Positions 52,801 through 64,000 of a stretch of DNA of 64,000 nucleotides are shown here, in pieces. Every line of letters begins with the position of its first letter. Positions within the stretch are counted from its first letter, which is position 1. The stretch is from Perna viridis (Eukaryota). The position numbers and the translations under genes are program-made. The stretch lies in the NCBI GenBank assembly GCA_037379345.1, contig CM074520.1, positions 8,928,001-8,992,000 of the forward strand, given 5' to 3'. The notes under the pieces were generated by a model that saw only the letters and a list, made by a program, of their open reading frames with translations, was not told the DNA's origin and did not search any database.

Positions 52801-55800
52801 TATGGAATGATAATGAAACTTGCTTGACAAGTTGGTGTATAATATATATGTATGTTGATTTTACAGTTCCAAAGGGGTGTTATGGATGAACAGGTAAACA
52901 GATGGGCACTCTTAACATCCCTTTATTTATTTTACCACTGATGCAAAACTATTTAAAAAGTTAAAATATCATAAATGGAATAATTTAAAAGTACTAGGAA
53001 TGTCTTTTTTAAAAAAATATTGTTTACAAAGTCATATCAAGTTTTACTCGTTAACTTTATTGAGGTAATGAGGAAATATATAGTGTTACTTTGAATTAAC
53101 ATATATAAAAGCTGTATAAATTACTATACCTTTGCATCTGGTTTGATTCCACTGTCAAACAATGCCTACAAATATGAGAGAAATATATCAAATATTTTGT
53201 CCTGCTTTTATATATTTGTACATGATCTTAAGCTGGGCCAACATTTCATTTATTCAGTTCTTAATCCTTGAAGTTGAATTTTATATCACTTACACATGTA
53301 CTTCAACCAGAACAGATTAATGTTTAATTGGTAACATGGTGCATGAAGTTACTTCAAACTGAAGACCAGGAGAATAGAAATAGATTTTAATCTAGACTGT
53401 ACATGCAGTATTTGATAATGGCATTTAAATTCAAATTGTCTTTAAATTCAAACAAAAGTACAATACCAAGCCAAAGTTTCACAAAACAATAAACAAACCC
53501 ACAAAAATTTAAACATGCTTTAATTCAGCGGACACTCCAACCAAACTCTTGTGATTTCATAATGTCATAAAGAATTCAGAACTTTCTCAGACTCTGATCT
53601 TTTCTCCACATGTGCGGTGAATGGTGTTAGGACATAGGATTCAATATAAAGAATATTAAACACTAGTTTACCTCATTTTTAATGATGTTTCCTACACCAG
53701 GAAGAATATCTTGGTCCAATAACACATCACAAGCCATTCTCTCTTTTTGTTCCATAACAAGGGTTATGGCCCTTCTCTGGTTAAATACAGGTGAGCATAT
53801 GTCAAGGTCATGAAGACTTTCATATCTTGTTTGACAATCTGTAGATGCTCTAAGAATAAGTTCATGGTTTACATGTAGTTATAATCATTGTTATATGAAG
53901 ATAGATCAAACTTTTGAGGGTGTCTCTCCATCTATTTCATTGCCATGTCAAACAAAAAAAAACAAAAAAAAAATATAAAAGCAGCTTGTTAATATTTTTC
54001 TGGTAATAAACAATGTAAAAACACCCTCCTCCTTTTAAGGAACTTAAGACATAATAAAAAACTGTGCCACTGAATAAGTCCCATAACTCTAAAAATAGAA
54101 TTTGTTTCTCCGAATAAAATACAGACCAGGAATATTAGTCCTTAATAAAAAGCAATTATCAAAATTTTGAAGTTAATTGAATGAGCGGTAAACAGTTTAC
54201 AGTAAGACATGTAAAAAAATCCTAAAAAGCCTCACAAAATTTATAGTTTATTTACATTTGTAACAAGGCGTTCTCAATTTACAGTGCTTTATATCAATGC
54301 AGATGGAAAAACAAGAGAAAGAACAGACATTTGTATACACTATCACAATATGTCCTGTCTTTGATGGGCTTATAAAAAGAAAAGAAATGCCTCCCTCCCT
54401 TATTCAGTTGATGAAAAGTGTTCGGCGAATAAAGAGGATGACTTTAAATGACCTAGCTTTGTATAAGTTCCTGAAGAATATTCAATATGAACTATATTTC
54501 AGGAATTCATATAATAAATATCTTCATTCCTAAGCCTATATGAACTGCTACTCAAAACGTTATGAAAGCTTTGGAAAAGTTGGAAAAGACAAAATCTACT
54601 TTTCTCCATAAGATATACAGATGTACCTGATGATGACGGCAGATTTATAGAAACTAAGGAGATCACCACACAAGTCTATCTCTAATGAAGCCGTCTCAGC
54701 ATTACCACCACCATCATGATCAAGTTTCTGGTCATTAACTCTGAATGATCCAGCCATGAGGAAATGTACCCTGTTAATTAAATGATTGAGCATGTTGTAA
54801 TAGCTAAAATTTTCATGATTTTATACATAAAGATGACTTTACATTCAATACCACTACTAGGGCAAAAAATACCACCAATGTACTGTACTTTAAAACACAT
54901 CTTTCTTGGCACACATGCGAAACATGCTTACATGCATGTGTCACAAATGTGAAGCATGTTTGCCTATGTATATACATTTGTTGAACAGTTCATGTAAAAT
55001 AATAAAGTCCCAAATAAAAGCATTACAAAAGTTGCTGTATATTTACCATTGACTTAATATGCCAATTCATGCCCACATAATTTGTATTTTTCTGTCCCTT
55101 AAAATTGAACAGCCCACATTTGTTTGTTACTTTTTTAAGCAGTATGTTCAAACATTTCCAAATCTGTTAAATCTACACTTGGGGAACTCTCACATTTATA
55201 TCTATAAAAAATAATACTTCCTCAAGTCATTTAAAGTTTCTGAGTGTTGGTTAAGTATCAACATTTAAATCTAAGCAGCTTACTGTATGTTTTTTTTTAT
55301 CAATGTGTAGTTCAATTTTGTTCTTGAAAACCACTTCACATTTCAATAGATATGAACAATTCACCAAAGTTTCATAAATATAAGTGAAAGTGTTTTTAAG
55401 TGATTGTGCGAAAACTTGAAAATCCCCCTTTTTTTTAAATATAAAAATTCATAACACGAAAACGAAAAATCTGACATTTGTAAAAATTGTAAGGGAACTT
55501 ACGTCAATAGATATGTACAATTCATCAAAGTTTCATAAAAGTTGGTGAAAGTGTTTATGAGTTATTGTCCGAAAACTTGAAAATACCCCCTTTTTAAGTA
55601 TAAAAATATTCATTGCAAAAAAAACAAAAAATATGAAATTCATAAAAATCGAAAGGGAGTTTATGTCAATAGATATAGACAATTCACCAAACTTTCATAA
55701 AAGTAGGTGAAAGTGTTTTTGAGTTATTGTCCGATGTGTTGACGATGGAAGGACAGACGACAATGGTATAGTTGGTATACCATAATACGTCCCGTCTTAG

Positions 55801-58800
55801 ACGTACCTATAAAAAAATGTTTTAGAAATTGGACCAAAAATAAAAAATCAATTGTTTAGGGTGAGGCTAAATTTAGTACCCCTTTTACTCCAAAACCATT
55901 AAAGATAAGCCTACTCGTAAGAAAGTTTGTACAGAATTTCAAAAGGACCAGACTGACATCTGAATCACAAAAATCATGATCAACAATAAGCTTTTCCTAT
56001 TAATACTAATGATAACACCTATTTTCCACCTTTTAGCCCTTCATTTCCAAAAGGGATAGGGCAAAACTTCCAAAAAATTTAAGACACTCTGTCAAGTTCC
56101 TAGGAACAATGTGTTAAAACATCAAAAAGACTGGATAAGTTTTACTTAAGTTTTTGTAATTAAACTTAAGTTATGGATGCCAATGACAACGACAACAGGG
56201 TGATACCATTATACGACCGAAACAATTTTTTGTAGTCATATAATGGTATAGTGGATACTTGATTGTTAAAAATGAGCTCAATTGAATCTTTACTTTAAGA
56301 GTAAGACTAATAAAATCTTTACAGACAACAATTGACACCAAATGATAGTTAAAGCTCTGATGATCCTCTAGTCCAAAAAGAGCAGATAATTGTGATGTTG
56401 AAACTAATTCATCTGTTGGACATTGCTCCAGAATAATCATTGTAGTTAAAAGTGTTTTTTTATGAAATGCATGGTGATAATTGAAAATATTTACAATTAC
56501 TGGTAGTTACATGTGCATGCATAAACTGACCTCAGGCAGACGTCACCAAAGTACATAAAAAGTTCCTTCCCAAGAGTCTGCACTTCATCCAATCGTCTCC
56601 CGATCAGCTGATGGAACTGAGAGGTTGTGATGCCTTTTGTTGGTTTTATTTCCTGAATTCAGAAAAAAAAAACATTCATGTTGAAACAATGAAAGCTATC
56701 TGAAACAAAACCATTTTGACTTGGTCCAGTTTAAGCATGTTTGGTTAACCAAGGTTGAAACTATGTTGCACATGACATAGAGAGACTATTAATGTAATAT
56801 TAGGTGTTTGGTTTAGACAGGGTTTCAGAATATTCTGGGTTACACAGGTTTCATTGTACATACAATGCATTATTGAGTAAAATATTTTGCAAATTTGGTA
56901 TCGAGGGTGAGAAAAAGCTTTTAATTGCCTTTTCAGTTTTTTAACCACAAAAAAAAATAACCAAAAATATAACTGATATGTAATAAATTCCACTTTCCAG
57001 ATTGTTATTGCTGGAATTAATTCAAAATAGATTGTTTCATCTTTAATGTCATTTTTAAGTAAAAATCTCAACAAAAAAAAACAGTCAAAGAATATCAACC
57101 AGTAAAACCCATTATTGCCCTTAGTCCATTTTAATAATTTATAGGTTACATTCCTGAGATTTAAAGGCGAGTTAATATTTTTGTTGTTTTTACTGATTTT
57201 TCATTCTATACATGTACATGTATATTCTGAAAATGAAAAGAGTTTTCTTTTTGAAAATAAATAATTTCTGCAAATATTTCTTCAAGCAATGACACCTGAA
57301 AGCCTTTGGTGCCAAGAATTATAATACAGCCCTATACAAATGTACAATGTATGTCATACTGTTAATTATGAATTCAAGATGTTTTGCCACAAAACCTTTT
57401 ACCTACTTTCCTGTTCGCCTTGGGTTGTTTCGCCTATATACTACTTCGCCTTGTTGCAACTCATCATTTACATGTACAATTGGAATGATGTTTTAGTTAA
57501 CAGATATACTCATACAGAAAGTGAAATCAAAGACTGAAGTCTTCAAAGCTGCTAATCGTTAAATATTCTATGCCATTGACTTTGGCTTACTTTCAACATC
57601 TGAAATGGCAAGAATACCATATGCTCTAAAACTGGGTGATTTCTGCAAGAATCTTGACTCCCTTGATATGATAACTCTTTCGTAACCGTGATGACCTGAA
57701 TGTTTTTCTATCAAAACAACTGGTTACCAGGAAGTGTGGGTGATGTTTTCGTTCTACAAGTTTCTCTCAGATTTTAATTAGTTTTATAAAGTTTATTTCG
57801 ATTATGATTTTTAATCAGGACAAATTAACAACTATAACTTTCTTGATCTTATAAAAACATAATATATATTAAACAATAAAGCCATACCTGTTTATTCAGT
57901 TAATTTTACTGTGAAACTGATTAATTGCATGCAGGAACTTGGTTTTTGGCATTTTGTTTTTCTGAAATACTTTCTTTCTCATATTTTTAATTCTTGTTAA
58001 ATAACCATTTGCTCTATGCATATGCAGGCATAAGAAAAAAAATTGGTGTTGAAATTCATATATTTTAAGGTAAACCATAAACAACCCATTTGTGTTTTTC
58101 CTTTATTATATATTTTATGTTTACCCCCATATACAGAAATCTTCATTGTTGAACACATCGAGACGAAACAACTCACTATAGTAGGCGAAACGACCCAATG
58201 CGAATGGGAATTTAGGCTAAACAACTTGTACTGGTAATTACTATTGTGGCAGGACAGCCTACCTGCGTTGCAGTAGGTAGTGAGATTTAAAAAGCCAGTT
58301 AATTGACTTGGCTAAAGAATTAATTTTATTTAAATCTCACTACCCACTACAATGCAGGTAGGCCACCCTGCCACACTATTTTTTTTAGCGAAGTCTGTGT
58401 TGCTTATATATTTTGGTTTCTACAGTATGTACATGATATTTAGAATATTCCTCATTCTTCGATGTATTTGGGAAAAAAATAATAGATATGGTGAACTGCA
58501 ACAAATGCACCAGTAGATAACCTAAATCTAAAATAGTAAATACATGTAAATGTACTTTTAGAGATCTGGAAAGGCCTTCAACAACTGACAAGTTTAGGTA
58601 AGTCGGAAAGACCCCAATAACAAAAGCAATAAAATCCATGTCTATTTTATTTGTCTAGTCATTACTCCTGGATCATGTTCTTTCTTATTAAAATTTTAGT
58701 TCTGGTTCTCTCCATTCCCCTTGTTACGGCTTGTATAGTTGTAAGCATGCATACTGTACATTGCTATTTACCCTATCTACTGCATTTCCCTGGACTTTTT

Positions 58801-58870
58801 TGACAATTTTTCCTTTAAATCTGCCTTTAATCTTCTCCCCCTTTACTTTACAACCAGGCCCTTCAACCAT
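46809..58870 (-). CDS. NEIL3: Endonuclease VIII-like 3 DNA glycosylase (10 exons, 493 aa)
   Basis: Exons 58772-58870, 56531-56652, 54627-54770, 53672-53849, 53130-53165, 52296-52370, 51489-51652, 49221-49417, 48020-48324 and 46809-46970; 1482 nt, phase-consistent. Diagnostic MVEGPGC N-terminus (Val2 nucleophile), TLGKELFMYF, H2TH LLDQDILPGVGNIIKNEALF, FPG zinc finger CGQC..RVTYFCRHCQ, RanBP2-type finger WACSVCTLIN..CNAC and two GRF zinc fingers. Confidence 0.96.
47078..47289. mobile_element. MITE with ~35-bp TIRs (Kolobok-like termini)
   Basis: GGAGAGAGACCTGGGGTAAGGGACATAACTCTT ... AAGAGTTGTGTCCCTTACCCTAGGTCTACCTCC, flanked by TTCA and TTAA. Confidence 0.7.
47421..47442. repeat. (CA)n microsatellite
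   Basis: About 11 CA units. Confidence 0.9.
49161..49264. repeat. 52-bp tandem duplication spanning the NEIL3 exon 8 donor site
   Basis: 49161-49212 and 49213-49264 are diverged copies, each containing CAG|GTATTTGT on the minus strand. Confidence 0.9.
50990..51160 (-). mobile_element. Degenerate tRNA-derived SINE (Meta-core-like)
   Basis: Minus strand has a tRNA-like head followed by CACACCAAATACTAAAATTGGTGGTCATTGCTTCTCTGCCAAGCAC, resembling molluscan MetaSINE cores (from memory). Confidence 0.4.
55330..55815. mobile_element. Helentron/HINE-like element with ~160-bp internal tandem repeats
   Basis: Three TCAATAGATAT..CAATTCACCAAAGTTTCATAAA..GAAAGTG units, then a GACG/GACA-like tract and terminus TACCATAATACGTCCCGTCTTAGACG..TATAAAAA. 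Confidence 0.65.
57398..58225. mobile_element. Non-autonomous Mutator-like TIR element in NEIL3 intron 1
   Basis: Left CCTACTTTCCTGTTCGCCTTGGGTTGTTTCGCCT is the inverted counterpart of right AGGCGAAACGACCCAATGCGAATGGGAATTTAGG. It carries the same TTTCGCC motif as the element end at 58956. Confidence 0.6.
58245..58376. mobile_element. Hairpin MITE (~47-bp inverted arms)
   Basis: TGTGGCAGGACAGCCTACCTGCGTTGCAGTAGGTAGTGAGATTTAAA / TTTAAATCTCACTACCCACTACAATGCAGGTAGGCCACCCTGCCACA. Confidence 0.75.
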
Positions 58871-58955
58871 CTTCAGTCAGCAGTATAGTTCTCTTATTTT
58901 CTTACATTGATTTTAGTGCTAACGCTTCGTAATTTACCGCCAGTATGTGTAGTGA

Positions 58956-60190
58956 AGGGGCGTCGGGTAGTTTCGCCCTTTTTCCCATTCGCCCTCTCGT
59001 TGTTTCGCCCTTTTTCCCGTTCGTCCGGGTTGTTTCGCCCTTATTGTAGGGTCGTTTCGCCCTCATTGGATATACATGTGTTTATATATACCGAGTAATT
59101 GATGGGTCATTTCGCCCTCCTGAGATTTATTTTCCTGTTAATTGGCTTGTGTTGTGACAGGTAAGAATACATGTTTATTCTGTGAATAAAAACTTGAATG
59201 TTTGTATAGTAGGGGTTGATCTAATTGTTAAATTGATAGATACTTGTACTGGTATTCCTTTTTCTTTCAGATAAAGCCCATCAGTTGCTGATTCTGAGGC
59301 AATGTCACAAGAGATATTTATTGAGAAATGAGAAAATTGGAAGATAACCAATTATGTCATTATATATCTTTTTCGGCCTCGAGAATAAATGTGATATATG
59401 GTGATGACAGAAGAGATTAATATAAGTTCTGAACATTTATTTAAATAATTCATGAGTATAAGAGCACAATTACTAGCACATTGTTACAACAAACTGTTTA
59501 AAGAATACATAGAAAATGAAGCATGATTAAAATTTGATTGAGAATAAAAGCACTATTTATATAAGTTACATATAATAACACACAGTAAATGACAGGGTTA
59601 AAAATACAACATGATCATGGGAATTATAAAAGCACTAATTATAATAGTCACTACATCGTTCAAAAACACTGGATCACAATATCATCAGTCGCAAAATCGG
59701 TATATATGTCCAATCTTCTTGAGGAACGTTGTTGTTGTTGTCGTCCAGTCGGTTGTAACGGCGATTGGTCTCCCTCGCAAGGTCATCGGAAGCAACACTG
59801 ATGGCGATGAGTTCAGCCTCCCTTCTCAACAGCGGGATCAGTCTATATATTCCACGGCCGGAACTGGATTTCTGGTTGAGTCTGGTGTGCCATTCTAAAA
59901 TTAAAAAAAAAAACATGTTAAAATTGCAAGGAAAATGTATTTCAAAACCTGAAATGAAAGAGGTTGTTATACATTTCTAGTATATTTAGTTATGTATCCT
60001 ATCGTGGATTCAAAATTAATTTCTTTTATTAAATTGATATTTCTTTTCATTTTAGTTTGATTATATAGGTGTTTGATTTTAAATATAAACTCAATAAAAA
60101 TATAGATACCTTCCACGTCGTTATTCGTACGTACGGACAGCTGAAAGACGCTCCACGATTCCACTGGAATAACTGAGTTCCGAAACCACT
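58956..60190 (-). mobile_element. Mutator-like (MULE) transposon remnant: 3' transposase exons plus terminus with TTTCGCCC repeats
   Basis: Exons ~60110-60190 and 59674-59894 (GT-AG intron) splice to WFRNSVIPVESWSVFQLSVRTNNDVE(E)WHTRLN..IYRLIPLLRREA, the RTNNxxExWHxxLN motif of MULE transposases. Repeated GTTTCGCCC units at 58968-59118. The 5' part is missing. Confidence 0.75.
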
Positions 60191-60745
60191 GCAATTTTAG
60201 TGAAATTTTGGAATTCCAAGGGCCGTAACTTGGTAAAAAATCAGTGGAGTGGAACGAAACATACACTTGAGTTGTAACTAATCATACTTGACACATATAC
60301 ACAACATTGGTCCATTATCTGCAAGCGTATGGGAACAATATGCGGAAAATGGCAATTTTAGTGAAATTTTGGAATTCCAAGGGCTGTAACTTGGTCAAAA
60401 ACCGGTGGAGCAGAATGAAACTCAAACTTGATTTGTAACTAATCATAGTTGACTCGCGTACAAAATATCAGCCCAATATCTGCAAGCGTATGGGAAAAAA
60501 GTGCAGAAAATGGCAATTTTAGTGAAATTTCAAAGTCCAAGGGCCATTACTTGATAAAATATTGGTGGAGCGGAACGAAACTTAAACTTGATTTGTAAGT
60601 ATTCATACTTATGACTCACATACAAAATATCAGCCCAATATCTGCAAGCATATTGAAAAAAAGTGCGGAAAATTGATTTTGTTTCGTACGGACGCACAGA
60701 CACAATGAAGGGAAAGACTGATTAATAAGTGGCGGGGCCCTAATT
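60191..60745. mobile_element. Helentron/HINE-like element with three 161-bp tandem repeats
   Basis: GCAATTTTAGTGAAATTT units start at 60191, 60352 and 60513, followed by a GGACGCACAGAC tract. It interrupts the MULE transposase exon. Confidence 0.7.
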
Positions 60746-60851
60746 AAAACAAGAAATGGACTTTGTCCTTCCTTCACTTGGTCAACACAAAAAAAATCCT
60801 TCATTTGGTGGAGTTTTTGGTTTGGAGTATTTACTAGTCTCAATAACTATA

Positions 60852-62658
60852 GATTACAGACCACTAATTCAACCAATGAGCATTTGGAACGTACGCAAAA
60901 ATAGTCCTACGCAAAAATTACCCCTGTTCCACATAGTGCTGTGAAAAAAGTTCTCATCTTATTTAAAAAATTTAAACAGTTTCTGAAAGGAAAAACATTT
61001 CTGTACATTTTATAGGTGCATTTTGCTTCTTGTGATGTGAAGCCTAATCTCCATAATGATTTTTAAAGATATACCCCTATCTTGTGAAAACACTGGGATT
61101 TCCCATGCTATTTATAGACCCTTCACTTCCGGTGACCAGTCCTGCACTGCAAGTCTGCTAACCCCACATGCCATTCTGAGGATTGTGAGCTGACATGTAG
61201 AATCATGCTGATATATAGTCCTCTGCAGGTTAAAGTTAAGGTAAAGTCCAGAGAAGCCATTGAATATTGTGAAATTAGCATAGAAGCCTATGGGAAGTGG
61301 AATTAGTGGTTTTTAGCCTTAAGCTGAAGCCATGGCAAAATGAAAAGTTTCTTGAAATAGCTTTAAACTACTTGAAGATCTTGTTAACTTTGCCATGAGA
61401 GGAATACACTACAAAAATCCTTCAAAATATGCATTTTTTTAAGTTATAGGTCCAAATTATGGAAAATTGGTCTTTTTGGCTGATTTTTATATCCTATCTT
61501 GTAAAAAGTGTAGAAAATTTAGTAAAAATATCAAATATTAAACTTTGAGGGCTATATTTACCTAAATATGGTGGTAATAAGCACTTGAAATCAAGTTTTG
61601 TGTAGATTTGAGCAAAAGTTAGGTTAGAAATGAGGAAAAACTCACTTTCATTACTGCGGTTAAGGCCATATAAGCATTCCCCTATGGCAAAATGGAAAAT
61701 CCATTATTGAGTACTTTTTTTGCTTTAGGTGCCCTTTACTGGTCATGTTTTAATGTGAAAACACTGTATTTACAAATTTAAAGCCAAATATATCACCTTT
61801 TGTGAAAATTTAAAGATTTAGGATTTTTGACGTGATCAAGAAAAAGGGGGAGGCATGTCAGAAATAATTTTTTAAAAATAGACCAATTTCTCAGAAAATG
61901 ATTACTTTTAAATCTATCTCTTTATTAATATTGTTAAAAAACAAGTTGTGATTGATTTTTTTTATTTGAAATATCAGAAAAAGTTCTTTGCAAATATTTA
62001 ATGCATTTAAGTATGGTAGAATATTGTCACTTTTTTGCTCGTGCAACTTGGTTACCCTATATTTAAAAATCAAATGTTTAAAAAAGTGCTTGTCCCATTT
62101 CACTGAAACTTTGCAAATGCATTCAGTATGTGTGTAGGAAGATACCTGTATAGTTATTTATTTTTTCTAAGACAAAAAGTGACTCTTTAGGTTACAGACC
62201 ACCAATTCAACCAATGAGCATTTGGAACGTACGCAAAAATAGTCCTACGCAAAAATTACCCCTGTTCCTCATAGTGCTGTGAAAAAAGTTCTCATCTTAT
62301 TTAAAAAATTTAAACAGTTTCTGAAAGGAAAAACATTTCTGTACATTTTATAGGTGCATTTTGCTTCTTGTGATGTGAAGCCTAATCTCCATAATGATTT
62401 TTGAAAATATACCCCTATCTTGTGAAAACACTGGGATTTCCCATGCTATTTATAGACCCTTCACTTCCGGTGACCAGTACTGCACTGCAAGTCTGCTAAC
62501 CCCACATGCCATTCTGAGGATTGTGAGCTGACATATGTAGAATCATGCTGATATATAGTCCTCTGCAGGTTAAAGTTAAGGTAAAGTCCAGAGAAGCCAT
62601 TGAATATTGTGAAATTAGCATAGAAGCCTATGGGAAGTGGAATTAGTGGTTTTTAGCC
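60852..62658. mobile_element. Non-autonomous composite KolobokP-like DNA transposon, second family
   Basis: Direct repeats 60852-61318 and 62190-62658 differ by a handful of substitutions and one 2-bp indel. Each has imperfect TIRs. 871-bp non-coding core. 4-bp TSD TATA at 60848-60851 and 62659-62662. Confidence 0.88.
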
Positions 62659-62966
62659 TATATAGTAATATTGTTGTAGTTGGAATTTTGTAAAGATTCT
62701 ACTGCAAAACAATAGTTAGCCTGATACTTTCTAAAAGTCATGAATTTCTGAAACTTCCATACAGAGAATCCATGACCAGCTGAGCAGAATGAACAAACAT
62801 CAAACACAATCTGGACATGATTTTATTAAGTTATGTAAAAATTGCACATTAAAATTTCATTTATATCAAAGGACGTGTAATACAAGTGTTTCTATATTTC
62901 CAAATCAGTTCTACTGTCATATCCATAGCATAGACATAATTCTGTTCATCTGAATCAGTACATTAA

Positions 62967-63212
62967 CTATGGGTTTATTTTTTTCTTTCCCCTTCCTCTT
63001 CCTCTCGAAGGACTTTTCTGTGAATCCTTTACCGGACTATTGACTTTAGATTTAGCTTTCTTAGGAGAACTGTCCTTTGACCTGGTTTTCTTAGGAGAAC
63101 TATCTTTTGACTTTATTTTCTTAGGAGAACTGTCTTTTGACTTTGCTTTCTTTGGACTTCTTCTCTTTTTTTTGGGACTTCTCCTCATGTTTTTCATGGT
63201 AAAGGTGATGCA
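62967..63212 (-). CDS. Basic SPKK-repeat exon (histone H1 tail/protamine-like or C-terminus of a chromatin protein); upstream exons not identified
   Basis: Acceptor tttcag at 63213-63218, then open frame CITFTMKNMRRSPKKKRRSPKK(AKSKDSSPKK-like)x3..PSRGRGRGKKKINP*. The 30-bp repeats keep the SPKK reading frame. Confidence 0.55.
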   Translation of the reverse strand, partial: CITFTMKNMRRSPKKKRRSPKKAKSKDSSPKKIKSKDSSPKKTRSKDSSPKKAKSKVNSPVKDSQKSPSRGRGRGKKKINP

Positions 63213-63344
63213 CTGAAAGAGAAGATATTTTCTTTATCACCCACTAATCATGGTCACCATGACTTTGTCTACTATCTTTAACTCAGATATTGCATGCATA
63301 TTTTGACCTTATATTATACACAATGATTAAGATTTTAATACATA

Positions 63345-63551
63345 CTGTGAAAGCATTATTGTTCGTGGGGTATCAATTTTTGTGGTTTTCGTGGGTGAGC
63401 CAAACCACAAAATTTGGCTCACTCAAAAAGAAATTTCCATTGATGTATGTGTATACTGAAAATCTCAAAACCACGAATTCAAGAAGCCACAAACTTGTGT
63501 TTCATCCCTAATCCACAAAAATTGGTATCAACGAATGAAGTACTATCACAG
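63345..63551. mobile_element. MITE with TA target-site duplication (Tc1/mariner-like)
   Basis: TA|CTGTGA..TTCGT..TATCAATTTTTGTGG ... CCACAAAAATTGGTATCAACGAA..TCACAG|TA. Confidence 0.7.
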
Positions 63552-64000
63552 TATTTAATTCAAGGGACCGTTTATCTTTAGTTTTTATAGTATGGATGTC
63601 AAAGGCTAAAGTCCAATGAGAGACTTTCGAATGCCAATTTAATGCACTCCTATGATTTAGAGATTCACTAATCAGTGTAATGATCTATTTTTCTACATGC
63701 ATAGAGCTTAAATCTGTTACCCAATGAAATGCAATCATATACTGAAATCAACGTAATTTCTGCAAGTGTTAATGAAAATGTCTGGGAAACTCTTGGCTTT
63801 CATTTTACAGAAAGAAAGAAAAGAGCAATGTGCTGATACATTTACAAATAAAGTTATGCCACACAATAAAACAATTAGCATAAACAATGAAAATATTGAT
63901 TCATACATATACCTTATCATCTAAGAATTCCTTTAATTTCTCCATGCCACATTTTATACCAGCATCAGTTATTTTCTGTTTCAAGACATCCAATTCAAGG

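Noticed and set aside
60191-60672. Regular repeats as a CRISPR-like array or prokaryotic feature
   Set aside because: 161-bp satellite-like units with no unique spacers, in a clearly eukaryotic context with no cas genes.

Overview
AT-rich, intron-containing animal genomic DNA; the repeat families and RING-less TRIM gene suggest a bivalve mollusc (inference). Manual GT-AG splicing gives five complete, phase-consistent genes: a 467-aa Cys-rich type I membrane protein (9231-14748, -), its 179-aa secreted paralog (15941-18035, +), a RING-less B-box/coiled-coil/beta-propeller TRIM-like protein (18303-20493, -), a voltage-sensing phosphoinositide phosphatase VSP/TPTE (23005-39509, -) and the DNA glycosylase NEIL3 (46809-58870, -). 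Partial genes are a third Cys-rich paralog running off the left edge and an SPKK-repeat exon near the right edge. Mobile DNA includes eight pieces of a Naiad-type Penelope-like retroelement whose 3' end folds into a multi-stem RNA with an in-window compensatory change. There is also a minimal type I hammerhead ribozyme at 5088-5131 (-), two composite KolobokP-like elements plus a solo long terminal direct repeat (LTDR), a Mutator-like remnant next to the NEIL3 start, SINEs, Helentron/HINE-like elements and MITEs. Most short ORFs in the track are spurious. All family names come from motif recognition, not database searches.
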